Shown here in pieces: positions 1 to 10,092 of a DNA stretch of 64,000 bases (the first letter of the stretch is position 1; each line of letters begins with the position of its first letter). Source of the stretch: Chitinophagales bacterium (lineage in GTDB: Bacteria; Bacteroidota; Bacteroidia; Chitinophagales; CAIODY01); the NCBI GenBank assembly GCA_947449695.1, contig CANFST010000002.1, positions 5,427-69,426 on the forward strand. The letters run 5' to 3'. Below the pieces are notes generated by a model. That model searched no databases. It saw nothing but the letters and a program-made list of their open reading frames with translations, and was not told the DNA's origin. Made by a program: the position numbers and the translations under genes.

Positions 1-3
1 GAT

Positions 4-1488
4 TTGAATTTGAAGGCTAATTATAAATTCAGCAATAAAGACAGAGTTTATTTAAGTGGCTATTTTGGAAGAGATGTTTTTTCATTTAAAAACAGCAGCG
101 GCACTTTGAATATTAATATGCCCTGGGGGAACTCAACTACTACAGTGCGTTGGAATCACTTGTTCAATGATAAATTATTTTGCAATACCTCTGTTATTTA
201 TAATGATTACCAATTCAAAATTGGTTTATCACAAAATAATTTCAATTTAGGTTTGTTAAGCAGCATTAGAGACTGGAATGCAAAATCAGATTTTGAGTAC
301 TATTTGAATAACAAAAATCAGATGAAGTTTGGATTTAATTATATTTATCACACCTTCAATCCCAATGCTGTTAGCATCCAAACATCAAGTATTGATATTA
401 CTCCGGCTGACGAAAACAAACGTCATGCCCACGAAGCTGCTCTGTATTGGTTAGATGATTGGAGTGTAACATCACGATTGAAAATAAATGCAGGTTTGCG
501 TTATTCGTTTTATCAGCAGGTTGGGCAATACAACTATATTTTAACTGATAAAGATTTTCATCCAACAGATACAATTCATTTTAATAAAGGGCAAAATGTA
601 AAAACTTATGCAGGAGTAGGCGGTTTAGAACCCCGAATAACACTGCGTTATGAGCTAACCGAAAGTTCTTCGATCAAAGCAGCTTATTCACACAACAATC
701 AGTATATCCATTTAGTAAGTAGTAACGGAACTACATTACCAACCGACATTTGGGTACCAAGCACTATTTCAGTTAAGCCACAAATCAGTGACCAATATGC
801 CATCGGCTATTTCAGAAATTTTAAACATAACATGTATGAAACCTCCGTTGAGTTGTATTATAAAAATATGCAAAATCAAATTGAGTATCATGAATTCTAT
901 GTACCAACAGGCGATGGAAATGTAGAAAAGGATTTTATTTTCGGCAAGGGCGAATCGCATGGAGCTGAATTTTTCATCAACAAAAAAGAAGGTAAATTAA
1001 CAGGTTGGATTGGATACACACTTTCCTTCACGAATCGAAAATTTGATTTATTAAACAACGGAAATTGGTTCCCATCAAAATTTGACAGACGTCATGATAT
1101 CAGTTTTGTAGCATCTTATGAGTTGAATGATAAATGGAAATTTGGAGCAATCTGGGTATATGGTTCAGGCAATACTGCTACAGTACCAGATGCATTATAT
1201 CAAATCAATGGTACATTGTATGAACATTTCACATCAGTAAATGCCTATCGTTTGCCATCATATCATCGTGGAGATATTTCTGCCACTTACACACCAAACA
1301 AGCGAAATAAAAAATTTGAATCGAGTTGGACTTTTGCCATTTATAATGTTTACAGTCGTTTTAATCCATACTTCGTTTATCTGGATATAAATGGCAGTGT
1401 AACTGCAGGCACATCGAGCGTTACAGCAAAAGAAGTTTCAATTTTTCCATATCCATTACCTTCTATTACTTGGAATTTTAAATTTTAA
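4..1488 (+). CDS. TonB-dependent outer-membrane receptor (5'-truncated by the window edge; barrel part)
   Basis: Beta-barrel TBDR motifs (EPR..LRY, GWIGYTLS, FDRRHD, RLPSYHRGD), C-terminal aromatic end ITWNFKF; followed by a DUF4249 lipoprotein. Confidence 0.9.
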   Translation: MNLKANYKFSNKDRVYLSGYFGRDVFSFKNSSGTLNINMPWGNSTTTVRWNHLFNDKLFCNTSVIYNDYQFKIGLSQNNFNLGLLSSIRDWNAKSDFEYYLNNKNQMKFGFNYIYHTFNPNAVSIQTSSIDITPADENKRHAHEAALYWLDDWSVTSRLKINAGLRYSFYQQVGQYNYILTDKDFHPTDTIHFNKGQNVKTYAGVGGLEPRITLRYELTESSSIKAAYSHNNQYIHLVSSNGTTLPTDIWVPSTISVKPQISDQYAIGYFRNFKHNMYETSVELYYKNMQNQIEYHEFYVPTGDGNVEKDFIFGKGESHGAEFFINKKEGKLTGWIGYTLSFTNRKFDLLNNGNWFPSKFDRRHDISFVASYELNDKWKFGAIWVYGSGNTATVPDALYQINGTLYEHFTSVNAYRLPSYHRGDISATYTPNKRNKKFESSWTFAIYNVYSRFNPYFVYLDINGSVTAGTSSVTAKEVSIFPYPLPSITWNFKF

Positions 1489-1491
1489 AAA

Positions 1492-2400
1492 ATGAAAAGA
1501 AATATTTTTTTTCTGTTGATTTCAATAGCTACTGCTTTTGCAGCCTGCGAAAAAAATTATGATTTAACAGGCGTTAGTTCGCTACCACCTCAACCAGTTG
1601 TAGAAGGTTATATTGAGAATGGTGTTACACCTTATGTTATTTTGACTAATACATTTTCGCTTTTTGGTAATCTGTCATTAGCTACAGTAAGCAATATTTT
1701 TATTCATGATGCGGTTGTAACAATTACCAGCAACAAAGGAGAAACTATCAGTTTACAAGAGAAAAACATAACCTTTAATGGAAATAAAATTTATGTTTAT
1801 TTACCAACTAATTTAAGTGATACTGGAAAATTAAACACAACCTACTTTTTAAATATTACCTTAAAAGATGGTTCAAAAATTTCAGCTCAAACATCAATTT
1901 TAACTTCACCAAAAATAGATAGTCTTTGGGGTGTTCCAAGGAATTCAACACCAACAGATTCATTGGTAAGATTATATTTAAAAAGACATGACAATGCCTC
2001 TACTAAAGATTTCTACCGATATTTTACTAAAACTAATAATCAGCAGTTTTTGCCCGGGAATGTTCAAGGACTGCTTTCAGTATTTGATGATGAATACACC
2101 AACGGACTTACTTATGAATGGCCAATCAACAGAGGTATTGACAGAAATGATACTTCAAAAAAACAATTTAAACACCCCTTCTATTTTGTAAAAGGCGATA
2201 CTGTAACCATTAAACTTTGTGCAATCGACCAACAGGTATATGACTTTTGGCTCACTGCTGATAATGCTTATGGGAATGTGGGAAATCCATTTGCTGCACC
2301 ATCAAATGTAAAAAGCAATGTAACAGGTGCATTAGGAGTTTGGTGCGGTTATGCCACTTATAATCCACCCAATTATTACAAAATAATTATTCCTAAATAA
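1492..2400 (+). CDS. DUF4249-family lipoprotein, partner of the TonB-dependent receptor
   Basis: Lipobox FAAC, VVEGYI motif, C-terminal NPFAAPSNVKSNVTGALGVWCGY. Confidence 0.8.
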   Translation: MKRNIFFLLISIATAFAACEKNYDLTGVSSLPPQPVVEGYIENGVTPYVILTNTFSLFGNLSLATVSNIFIHDAVVTITSNKGETISLQEKNITFNGNKIYVYLPTNLSDTGKLNTTYFLNITLKDGSKISAQTSILTSPKIDSLWGVPRNSTPTDSLVRLYLKRHDNASTKDFYRYFTKTNNQQFLPGNVQGLLSVFDDEYTNGLTYEWPINRGIDRNDTSKKQFKHPFYFVKGDTVTIKLCAIDQQVYDFWLTADNAYGNVGNPFAAPSNVKSNVTGALGVWCGYATYNPPNYYKIIIPK

Positions 2401-2403
2401 TTT

Positions 2404-3138
2404 TCAAATTGGCAATCGGCTACAAATAATTCCAGCTGCAACAGCTACATTTAGTGATTCAGCTTTTCCTTTGCCAGCAATGGTTACAAGATGAGTTGCC
2501 TTATCAATAATTTTTTGACTAACGCCCTTTCCTTCACTTCCTAGAACTAATAAACCATTTTTTGTAAAAGTAGTTTTCACAATATTTTCACCATTCATCA
2601 CAGCCACAGCAATTTGATCAAATTTATTTTCAGTAATTAGTTTTTCTAAATCAACTACATCAACTTTCATTCTTAAAAACGAACCCATAGTTGCCTGTAT
2701 AGTTTTACTATTAAACAAATCTGCACAATCAGGTGATGTAAAGATTTGTTGAATGCCAAACCAGTCAGCAGTGCGAATAATTGTACCATAATTTCCAGGA
2801 TCCTGAATACCATCTAAAGCTATGCTCCAGCCATGATTGTTGATTATAATTTTATTGGCAGAGGGAATTTTCATGACAATAATTACATCTGTAGGAGCTT
2901 GTAAATTGCTGATACGTTCAATTTCTTCGTTAGTAATTATTTCAATTTTATTCTTATTAAATTCAAACTGATGTTCATCAACAAATTTTTGTGTAGCATA
3001 TACTTGTTCAATTGCCCAATTGCTGTTTAAAATTTCAATTGCAATTTTATTTCCTTCAGCCACAAAGCAGCCGTATTTTAGCCTTAATTTTTTATTGGCT
3101 AAACTTTTGATATAAGAGATTTTACTTTTTGAAATCAT
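2404..3138 (-). CDS. TrmH/SpoU-family RNA methyltransferase
   Basis: SPOUT motifs DGIQDPGNYGTIIRTADWFG, GSEGKGV, ESLNVAVA. Confidence 0.92.
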   Translation of the reverse strand: MISKSKISYIKSLANKKLRLKYGCFVAEGNKIAIEILNSNWAIEQVYATQKFVDEHQFEFNKNKIEIITNEEIERISNLQAPTDVIIVMKIPSANKIIINNHGWSIALDGIQDPGNYGTIIRTADWFGIQQIFTSPDCADLFNSKTIQATMGSFLRMKVDVVDLEKLITENKFDQIAVAVMNGENIVKTTFTKNGLLVLGSEGKGVSQKIIDKATHLVTIAGKGKAESLNVAVAAGIICSRLPI

Positions 3139-5485
3139 GATGAGAAAGATAGTGTTTTATAGTTTTTTTTTAATGATGTGCTATTCATGTAGCATTACTA
3201 AGCACTTACAGCCGAATCAATTTTTATTGCAACGCAATGAAATCGAAATTAAATCGCCCTTAAAATTAACTACAAAAAATATTTCAAAGAAAGAATTACT
3301 TGATTTAGCAAAACCAGCTGAAAATAAATTATTGTTTGGCATTTTGAAACCACTAGGCATTCGTATCAAATGGAAGATGCTCATCTTTAACGCTTTTGCA
3401 AATGGCAAACAGACTGGCTTTAAATATTGGATTCAAACAAATTTAGGCGAACCGTACAGTATTTACGATTCTACACTTGCATTAAGGAGTAAAAATGAAA
3501 TGAAATCTTATCTCATCAACAAAGGATATTATGATGCAACAGTTGATTTACAAGTGAAAAAGAAAAACAAAAAAGCATCATTAAAATATATCATTCGCCC
3601 AAAAACACTTTATGTATTAAATGATATAAACGAAATTGCCTACAATGCTGATATGCAGAGCCTTTTGAATCAAAATAGTGCTGTAAGTTTTTTAAAAAAA
3701 TCGGATGCTTATAGCAGTTTGAATTTCAAAAATGAACGTGAACGAATTGAAATTTTGATGCGTAACAACGGCTATTTCGATTTTAGTCAGCAATATGTTT
3801 TATGTAAATTAGATTCATCAGCCGGTAAATTGAAAAAGAATTTTTTCGACAATTTATTTTCAGAAAACAAACGCCCTGTGAACGTTAAATTAATTGTAAA
3901 AGATCCTGAAAATGAACAACACAAGAAGTTTACAATCAATAATGTTTTTGTGTTTCCGAATTTCAAAAATGATACTTCGAAAAACAAATCAGATGCTGAT
4001 ACTATTGTTTTTAATCAATTCAAATTTGTAGGCAGCAAATTCAAAATCAAATTTTCTGCTTTGGTCGATAATATTTATATCGAACCACATCAAACTTTTT
4101 CGTTGCTCAATCAACAACAAACTAATGCTCGATTAAATGCATTAGGTATGTTTAGTAATGTTAGCATTCAATATATCGAAACGGGCAATAATCAGCTTGA
4201 TTGTTATATTTTTCTTACCCCATCAAAGAAAAATGAATTTGGTGCTGAACTTTCAGCCAGCAGCATTACAGAGTTTTTCGGCTTTGGATTAAATGTTTCG
4301 GAAAAGAGTAAAAATTTTTTTCACAATGGTGATTTATTTACTATAAATTTAAAAAGTGCATTAGAGTCGCCTTATGAAAATATTGACCATAAGTTTCACA
4401 CTTTAGATTTAGGTGCACAAACAATTTTTCAGTTTCCTAAATTCATTGTACCATTCAGAACGCATAAAATTTCGGTGAACGAAAACCCGAAAACAAATAT
4501 CACAGCATCCTACAATTATTTAGAACGACAAGATTTTTACAAACAAAATCAAACCAACTTTTCGTTTGGGTATGATTGGAACGAAACCAAAAGAAAACAC
4601 CATTATCTTAATCCACTAGTGTTAAGTTTTATTAATTACAATCAAATTACAGATTCGTTTCAACACTTCCTGAGTTTGAATCCCTTACTGCAAGGCAGCT
4701 TTAAGACGCAATTAATACCTGGCATGAATTATTCTTTCACTTATAACACATTAGACCCGAATGCCTATAAAACCATAACTTATTTTTTCAAATCAACGTT
4801 TGATGTAGCTGGCAACCTATCGATGTTGGTGGCAAAAAATATTTTAAATACACAATCATCACCTGTAGTTTTATTTGGCAATGAATTGTCTCAATTTGTC
4901 AAAGTTGATTTTGAAAACCGGTTTCATATTGATTTAAGAAGAAATCAAAGTTTTGTATTCCGCTTTCTGACAGGCGTTGGCAAAGCTTATGGCAATAGTT
5001 CGGTTTTGCCTTACATCAAACAGTTTTACATGGGCGGACCAAATGACATGAGAGGATGGCGTGCCAGAACTTTAGGACCAGGGATTTATCAAGATCCTAA
5101 CTTAATCAAGAACCCACTATACATCAACGAAACTGGTGACTTGAGATTGGAAGCCAATGCTGAATATCGTTTTAATATCTGGTGGTATTTTAAAGGTGCT
5201 TTATTTAGTGATATTGGAAATATGTGGTTGATAAAAAAAGATACTGAACGACCAGGTGCTGAATTTAACATGAACACTTTTTACAAACAATTCGCTGTAG
5301 ATGCTGGTGCAGGTTTGCGATTTGATTACAACTATTTTTTATTACGCCTCGATATTGGTTTTCCACTCATTAATCCGCAATTATCAAGCGATCAAAAATG
5401 GTTGGGCAATGCTATTAATTTATCTTCCTCCACGTGGCGCTCGAATAATCTAAAGTATAATTTAGCCATAGGTTATCCGTTTTAA
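3137..5485 (+). CDS. tamL: TamL / BamA-TamA family outer-membrane assembly lipoprotein
   Basis: Lipobox YSC, POTRA-like N-terminal region, Omp85 barrel motifs FYMGGPNDMRGW and LRLDIGFP, terminal AIGYPF; divergent from the TrmH-family gene. Confidence 0.8.
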   Translation: MMRKIVFYSFFLMMCYSCSITKHLQPNQFLLQRNEIEIKSPLKLTTKNISKKELLDLAKPAENKLLFGILKPLGIRIKWKMLIFNAFANGKQTGFKYWIQTNLGEPYSIYDSTLALRSKNEMKSYLINKGYYDATVDLQVKKKNKKASLKYIIRPKTLYVLNDINEIAYNADMQSLLNQNSAVSFLKKSDAYSSLNFKNERERIEILMRNNGYFDFSQQYVLCKLDSSAGKLKKNFFDNLFSENKRPVNVKLIVKDPENEQHKKFTINNVFVFPNFKNDTSKNKSDADTIVFNQFKFVGSKFKIKFSALVDNIYIEPHQTFSLLNQQQTNARLNALGMFSNVSIQYIETGNNQLDCYIFLTPSKKNEFGAELSASSITEFFGFGLNVSEKSKNFFHNGDLFTINLKSALESPYENIDHKFHTLDLGAQTIFQFPKFIVPFRTHKISVNENPKTNITASYNYLERQDFYKQNQTNFSFGYDWNETKRKHHYLNPLVLSFINYNQITDSFQHFLSLNPLLQGSFKTQLIPGMNYSFTYNTLDPNAYKTITYFFKSTFDVAGNLSMLVAKNILNTQSSPVVLFGNELSQFVKVDFENRFHIDLRRNQSFVFRFLTGVGKAYGNSSVLPYIKQFYMGGPNDMRGWRARTLGPGIYQDPNLIKNPLYINETGDLRLEANAEYRFNIWWYFKGALFSDIGNMWLIKKDTERPGAEFNMNTFYKQFAVDAGAGLRFDYNYFLLRLDIGFPLINPQLSSDQKWLGNAINLSSSTWRSNNLKYNLAIGYPF

Positions 5486-5529
5486 AATCATCAGTACTAC
5501 CCTACTCTATAGGTTATCTATCAAAAAAT

Positions 5530-5562
5530 AAATCCATCGCTTTCATTCAAAACGATGGATTT
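5530..5562 (-). terminator. Hairpin terminator, copy 1 of a 33-bp direct repeat
   Basis: AAATCCATCG-CTTTCATTCAAAA-CGATGGATTT stem-loop with a minus-strand U-rich tail; 32/33 identical to 6800-6832. Confidence 0.75.
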
Positions 5563-5609
5563 ATTTTCAAATACAAGGAATTAGTTTTCAGTAAACCTAT
5601 TCGAAGCAA

Positions 5610-6745
5610 CTAAAAATTAAAATCGGCTGGTTCACCTGCTAATACTCTGCCTCTTAATACCATTTGTTTTGCTTCTTTATAAAAACCAAAATCGTACTCG
5701 GGCGGTGGATAAGCAATGCCAGCTTGTTTTCTGAACAAGTATTCATCATAAACTACTGGCAAGGCTTCAATGGTTTGTTTGATTGTATAAGCCTTGGCAG
5801 CGGCTATTAAAGCCAATCGTACAAATCGGTAGTAAGTGGTATAATTTCTTTGGCTTCGCTTAATGTTCTTACAGCTGCTTCTGCTTGTTCATCTTCATAA
5901 GTGTTATTTTGGCTATGCATGGTGTTCCATAAATCAAAAGCCATTAATGCTTCTTTATCGCCATCAATTTCGGCAATAAATTTTCGCATTTTAATTTTAT
6001 CTAATTCGATATTCAAATAAGGACGTGGGTCGGGTGGAGGGGATGCTGCAATTAAAGCTTCTGTTTTTTGTTGATTTTCTATTCGAGTTAAACTAATATA
6101 GTATTCCTCTTTTTCGCCTCTAATATCAGGTAATAACAATAAGCCTTTGTTGCCACCATTTCTATTATCGTAAAATGTGTACCAATTGGGTATCGTGTCG
6201 CCATCATTATCATTGCCTTTAATATGGTTATAATCTTGCCAGCCATAATAATATTCATCTGTATTATCAGTTTTTAAATACTCTATATACCAATCTAATT
6301 CTTGTTGGGTAATAGGGTTTAAAAATGGACAATTCAAAATATGATTTTGCCAATGTTGAAAATCATAAACAGATTCGATAGTTGGCAATGTGATTAAATT
6401 AGCCCTCCATTTACATTGCAAATCGAACAACTGTTTTTGCAAAATTTCTTTTAAGCAATTATCGGCTTCTGTTTTATATTTTAAGCCTGCATAGGTTTGA
6501 GTAAACTCTATATTTTTTGCACTATACAACCAATTTGCTTTACTGAAAGCATAGGTTTGTATAAAATTTTCGTGTGATATTGGATTAAATTGTTCTAAGA
6601 AATGCTGAAACCGAGGCTCAGTTTTTAGTTCCTTTAAAAAGCGTTGATAGTTTTCGTTTTTGATTCGTTCTCTATCTGCTGCTTCTTGCATCATATCTTT
6701 GGTCGATTGATAGGGGTCTATTGGTTGTTCTTCTTCGTTTTGCAT
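5610..6745 (-). pseudogene. Hypothetical protein apparently split by a frameshift (ORFs 5807-6745 and 5610-5816)
   Basis: The first ORF stops at ...YDWL*, and a second frame continues ALIAAAKAY from an overlapping TTG at 5816. Confidence 0.55.
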
Positions 6746-6799
6746 GGCTAATTTATATTTTGGTTTTACAAATCTAAATAAGTCATTTTATTCTACAAA

Positions 6800-6832
6800 A
6801 AATCCACCGCTTTCATTCAAAACGATGGATTT
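6800..6832 (-). terminator. Hairpin terminator, copy 2 of the 33-bp direct repeat
   Basis: Same stem-loop; the single difference gives a G.U pair on the minus strand. Confidence 0.75.
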
Positions 6833-6867
6833 TTTTCAATTGCAAATTATCCCATTAGTGCATTGTT

Positions 6868-7149
6868 TTAGGTTACCACTATGCTCATCGGGTCGCTCCA
6901 ATCTTGCTGCACATTTTTAACAATTAAAGCAAAACGCACCCATATTTTTTTACCTACAACCAACCCAGCTAAAGTAGCTTTACATTTTTTAACTACCGAT
7001 GCTTGAGTCCATACATAAGTAGTTGCTGGTGCCACGGGGTCGGGGCTGGTTTGAAAAATATACAACGCTCCTTTTGTAGCTTTTACTTTTGCATCTACAT
7101 TATCAAAGAACACAAATTGATCTTCTCTGATCATTTCATAGATAATCAT
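6868..7149 (-). pseudogene. Probable 5'-truncated remnant encoding a fibronectin-III-like C-terminal domain
   Basis: GLVVGKKIWVRFAL...QQDWSDPMSIVV resembles FN3 C-terminal strands; the N-terminal ~18 aa do not look like part of the domain. Confidence 0.4.
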
Positions 7150-7223
7150 GTAAATCTTTATTGGGTTTGAAATCTGATTTACAGCAACTTTACAATTTAT
7201 GTTTTAAAAATTATTATATAAAA

Positions 7224-8627
7224 TCAATTCTTTTTTTCAAGCAAAACCACACACTCTACATGGGCAGTATGCGGAAACATATCAACAGGCTGAATTTTTT
7301 TAACAGCATATATTTCACTCAGCAATTGTAAATCACGGGCTTGTGTGGTAGGGTTGCAACTTACATATACAATTCGGGGTACAGCAATGTTGCACAACAT
7401 TTTTACCACATCAGGATGCATTCCAGCCCTTGGAGGGTCAGTAATAATCACATCAGGCTTACCATTGTTATTGATAAACTCATCAGTAAATATTTTTGCC
7501 ATATCACCCACAAAAAAATCGCAATTATCAATATTGTTTAAGGCAGCATTTTCATGGGCATCATTAATTGCACTCTGCACATATTCAATACCCACCACTT
7601 TTTTGGCAGCATCAGCCAGATAAAGAGCAATACTGCCAGTGCCGGTGTATAAATCAAACACATTTTCATGCCCCGATAACTGGGCAAACTGCTTTGTAAT
7701 ATCATAAAGCTGCTTGGCTTGATAACTATTGGTTTGGAAAAATGATTGCGGACTTATTTTATATTTAACATGATTCAATTGTTCTAAAATAAAGCCTTTT
7801 CCACTAAATATTTTGTGCAAACAATCGCCGCTGAAATCATTTTTTTTAGGATTAATGACCGATAAAATAGTAGTTATTTCAGGCACTTGCTGTTGCAAAT
7901 GCAAAAGAAGTTTTTCGTTGATTTCATCTTCATAATAAAAACAAACAATTACCATTACTTCGCCCAAAGTAGTAGTGCGAATGGTAATTTCTCTTAATAA
8001 ACCTTCATGTTTTAAAACATCATGAAATGATATTTTATTATCGATGGCAAATTGTTTAATGATTTTTCTGATTTTATTGCTGGGTTCGGCCTGATGATGA
8101 CAAAAATCAATATCCAACACCCTTTGAAATTGCCCAGCCACATGAAAACCGATAGAATCCTTTTCAACAAAACGCATTTTATTATAAAAAGACTCATCTA
8201 ATTCAATGCCTTTGCTGCAAGCAGCAAATTGCAACTTGTTTCGATACAATTCGGTGATAGGAGAAGGTAAAGTAGGCTCAATAGCAGGCAGATTTTCTAA
8301 TTTTCCAATATGCAATAAAGCCTCTTCAACAATTTGTTTTTTAAAATTCAATTGAGCAGCATAATCAATATCCTGCCATTTACATCCGCCACATAATCCA
8401 AAGTGATTACAATGTGGTTCACGACGCAAAGAAGAAAGCTGATGCCATTTTATTGCTGAACCTTTAGCAAAATTTTTTTTTTGTTTATAAATTCTTACAT
8501 CAACCACATCTCCAGGAACTGCATTATCTACAAATACAACTTTCCCTTCATGTTTTCCTATTGCTTTGTCTTCTGGTGTAATAGCAGTGATGCTAATATT
8601 TTCAATAATTGTATCGTAATTTTTCAT
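7224..8627 (-). CDS. rlmD: 23S rRNA (uracil-C5)-methyltransferase RlmD
   Basis: TRAM domain, Fe-S motif CNHFGLCGGC, SFFQTN, DLYTGTG, DPPRAG, YVSCNP, DMFPHTAHVE. Confidence 0.93.
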   Translation of the reverse strand: MKNYDTIIENISITAITPEDKAIGKHEGKVVFVDNAVPGDVVDVRIYKQKKNFAKGSAIKWHQLSSLRREPHCNHFGLCGGCKWQDIDYAAQLNFKKQIVEEALLHIGKLENLPAIEPTLPSPITELYRNKLQFAACSKGIELDESFYNKMRFVEKDSIGFHVAGQFQRVLDIDFCHHQAEPSNKIRKIIKQFAIDNKISFHDVLKHEGLLREITIRTTTLGEVMVIVCFYYEDEINEKLLLHLQQQVPEITTILSVINPKKNDFSGDCLHKIFSGKGFILEQLNHVKYKISPQSFFQTNSYQAKQLYDITKQFAQLSGHENVFDLYTGTGSIALYLADAAKKVVGIEYVQSAINDAHENAALNNIDNCDFFVGDMAKIFTDEFINNNGKPDVIITDPPRAGMHPDVVKMLCNIAVPRIVYVSCNPTTQARDLQLLSEIYAVKKIQPVDMFPHTAHVECVVLLEKKN

Positions 8628-8742
8628 TTTTAATGAGATGCTGAAAAGAAACAGATTAGATGAAATGAATTTGTATGCAATGATAAATTGAATTTAATAA
8701 ATTCAATACACTTTTTGCATCTAAGCAGAAATAATTCGTGCT

Positions 8743-8793
8743 AAAATAAAAAAGGGACTTTTGATATTTTTTATCAAAAGTCCCTTTCAGCGG
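8743..8793. repeat. Left att junction of the island (displaced host tRNA-Ser terminator plus core)
   Basis: 24-bp exact + 6-nt variable loop + 21-bp exact match (ATCAAAAGTCCCTTTCAGCGG) to 43025-43075; forms a hairpin with a minus-strand U-tract. Confidence 0.9.
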
Positions 8794-8876
8794 GCTCAAA
8801 GTTCAATATTTCGAACCAATTTTTAAAGGATTTGGAGGATATAGTTTCTTTTATGAAACGATTTAAATCTTTATAA
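8793..8876 (+). other. Detached alternative 3' end of the serine recombinase gene (GSKFNISNQFLKDLEDIVSFMKRFKSL*)
   Basis: Open in the recombinase reading frame after the shared KSLSA codons; 27 codons to TAA at 8874-8876. Confidence 0.75.
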
Positions 8877-9024
8877 ATGTGCAAATTTAAACTGTTAGAA
8901 TAAATTTTTTTGCCTGCTTCTTTTAATGCTTTTAGATACACATAATGATTAAACTAAAGGTTTGTTTTTAACTTGTTGTAATTAATAAGGAAAACTTTGA
9001 AAAAGTGAAATCTATGTTTGGTTG

Positions 9025-9172
9025 AAAACATAAAGGACAATGAGTTAACTCACTGTCCTTTGAACAACAAAGCAATTTTCAGTTTTTTATGAATTACAAT
9101 AACTAACTAAAAACTAGTTACAAAAAAAGCTATTAAAAGAGTGTGGGTCTTTATTTTATAGGAGTTTCCTGT
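9025..9172 (-). ncRNA. Candidate small RNA near the left end of the island
   Basis: Minus-strand -7 box TACCTTTG (9178-9185), no ATG-initiated ORF, ends in hairpin 9032-9061 with a minus-strand G.U pair and U-rich tail. Confidence 0.4.
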
Positions 9173-9189
9173 GATTTCAAAGGTAAAAA

Positions 9190-9217
9190 AAGAGGGGAAA
9201 ACTAATTTCCCCCTCTT
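9190..9217 (-). terminator. Intrinsic terminator after the island DUF4249 gene
   Basis: AAGAGGGGAAA/TTTCCCCCTCTT stem followed by a U-tract on the minus strand. Confidence 0.7.
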
Positions 9218-9257
9218 GACCTAAACCCTATCGAACATGAAAAGAAAAAGCTTTTGA

Positions 9258-10085
9258 TTATTCTTTCTTCACTAATAACTCAATGTTATCGGCTTGATTT
9301 AAGCCTGCGAAAATTCCTAACCCATTTTTAATATTGGTTTGTGGTGAGGCAAGATTTTGACTGTTAGTTCCTGTTGTTTTATACAATGCAGCATAATCGC
9401 CTGTTACTTTATAAAGAATAACATCATGCCAACCTAAGTATTCAAAATCTTGCATTCGCAATTCTTGTTCGGCACCTTGTGTTGGTTCTTTTCGGAATAT
9501 TGGTAGTTTGTTTCCACTACCGTTTGAAATAGTAGTAGCGGTGCTTTGTGCTTTTACAGCTACTAAAAAGAAACTTTTATCGGGGTTATCCCAAGTTAGT
9601 TTAATGGGGTCGGGAAATGTTGGCATAGTACCAGAAGAGGGAGGTACACTTGAAAAATCAGGCACTGATAATGTATCGGTAGAAGCCTTGAAATTAGTAG
9701 GCTTTGTAGGAATTACTGTAGTTGCAGAAATCGTAAAACCATTATAGTCAAACTGCAATTTGTAAGTGTCGGAAGCCATGACTAACATACTTGTATCAGC
9801 ATAAATTGCACTGCCTTTGTAAAAAAGTTTTGTCATTACATTGTTGTGAATGATGTACACATTTAGGTTAGGTAAGTATTCTGCTGAATCATCAGACGTG
9901 TAAGGAATTTCTTTGGTTATTTTTATTTCGATGTGTTTGTCAGCTTGCAGATAGCCCTCAACCACTGCATGATTGCCCGTGAGTGTATCTGTTGCAGTTT
10001 CTTTTTTGCATTGTTGAAAAAAAATAGAACCAAAGAGTAAGAACAGATAAAGCTTGTTTAGATGTCGAATGAAAAATGTTGTCAT
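9258..10085 (-). CDS. DUF4249-family lipoprotein
   Basis: Lipobox-like FQQC, AVVEGYL, C-terminal TNIKNGLGIFAG; downstream of a TonB-dependent receptor. Confidence 0.8.
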   Translation of the reverse strand: MTTFFIRHLNKLYLFLLFGSIFFQQCKKETATDTLTGNHAVVEGYLQADKHIEIKITKEIPYTSDDSAEYLPNLNVYIIHNNVMTKLFYKGSAIYADTSMLVMASDTYKLQFDYNGFTISATTVIPTKPTNFKASTDTLSVPDFSSVPPSSGTMPTFPDPIKLTWDNPDKSFFLVAVKAQSTATTISNGSGNKLPIFRKEPTQGAEQELRMQDFEYLGWHDVILYKVTGDYAALYKTTGTNSQNLASPQTNIKNGLGIFAGLNQADNIELLVKKE

Positions 10086-10092
10086 GAAATAA

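Noticed and set aside
5530-6832. Integron attC sites
   Set aside because: No RYYYAAC/GTTRRRY ends or integron integrase seen; G.U pairing and U-tracts fit RNA terminators
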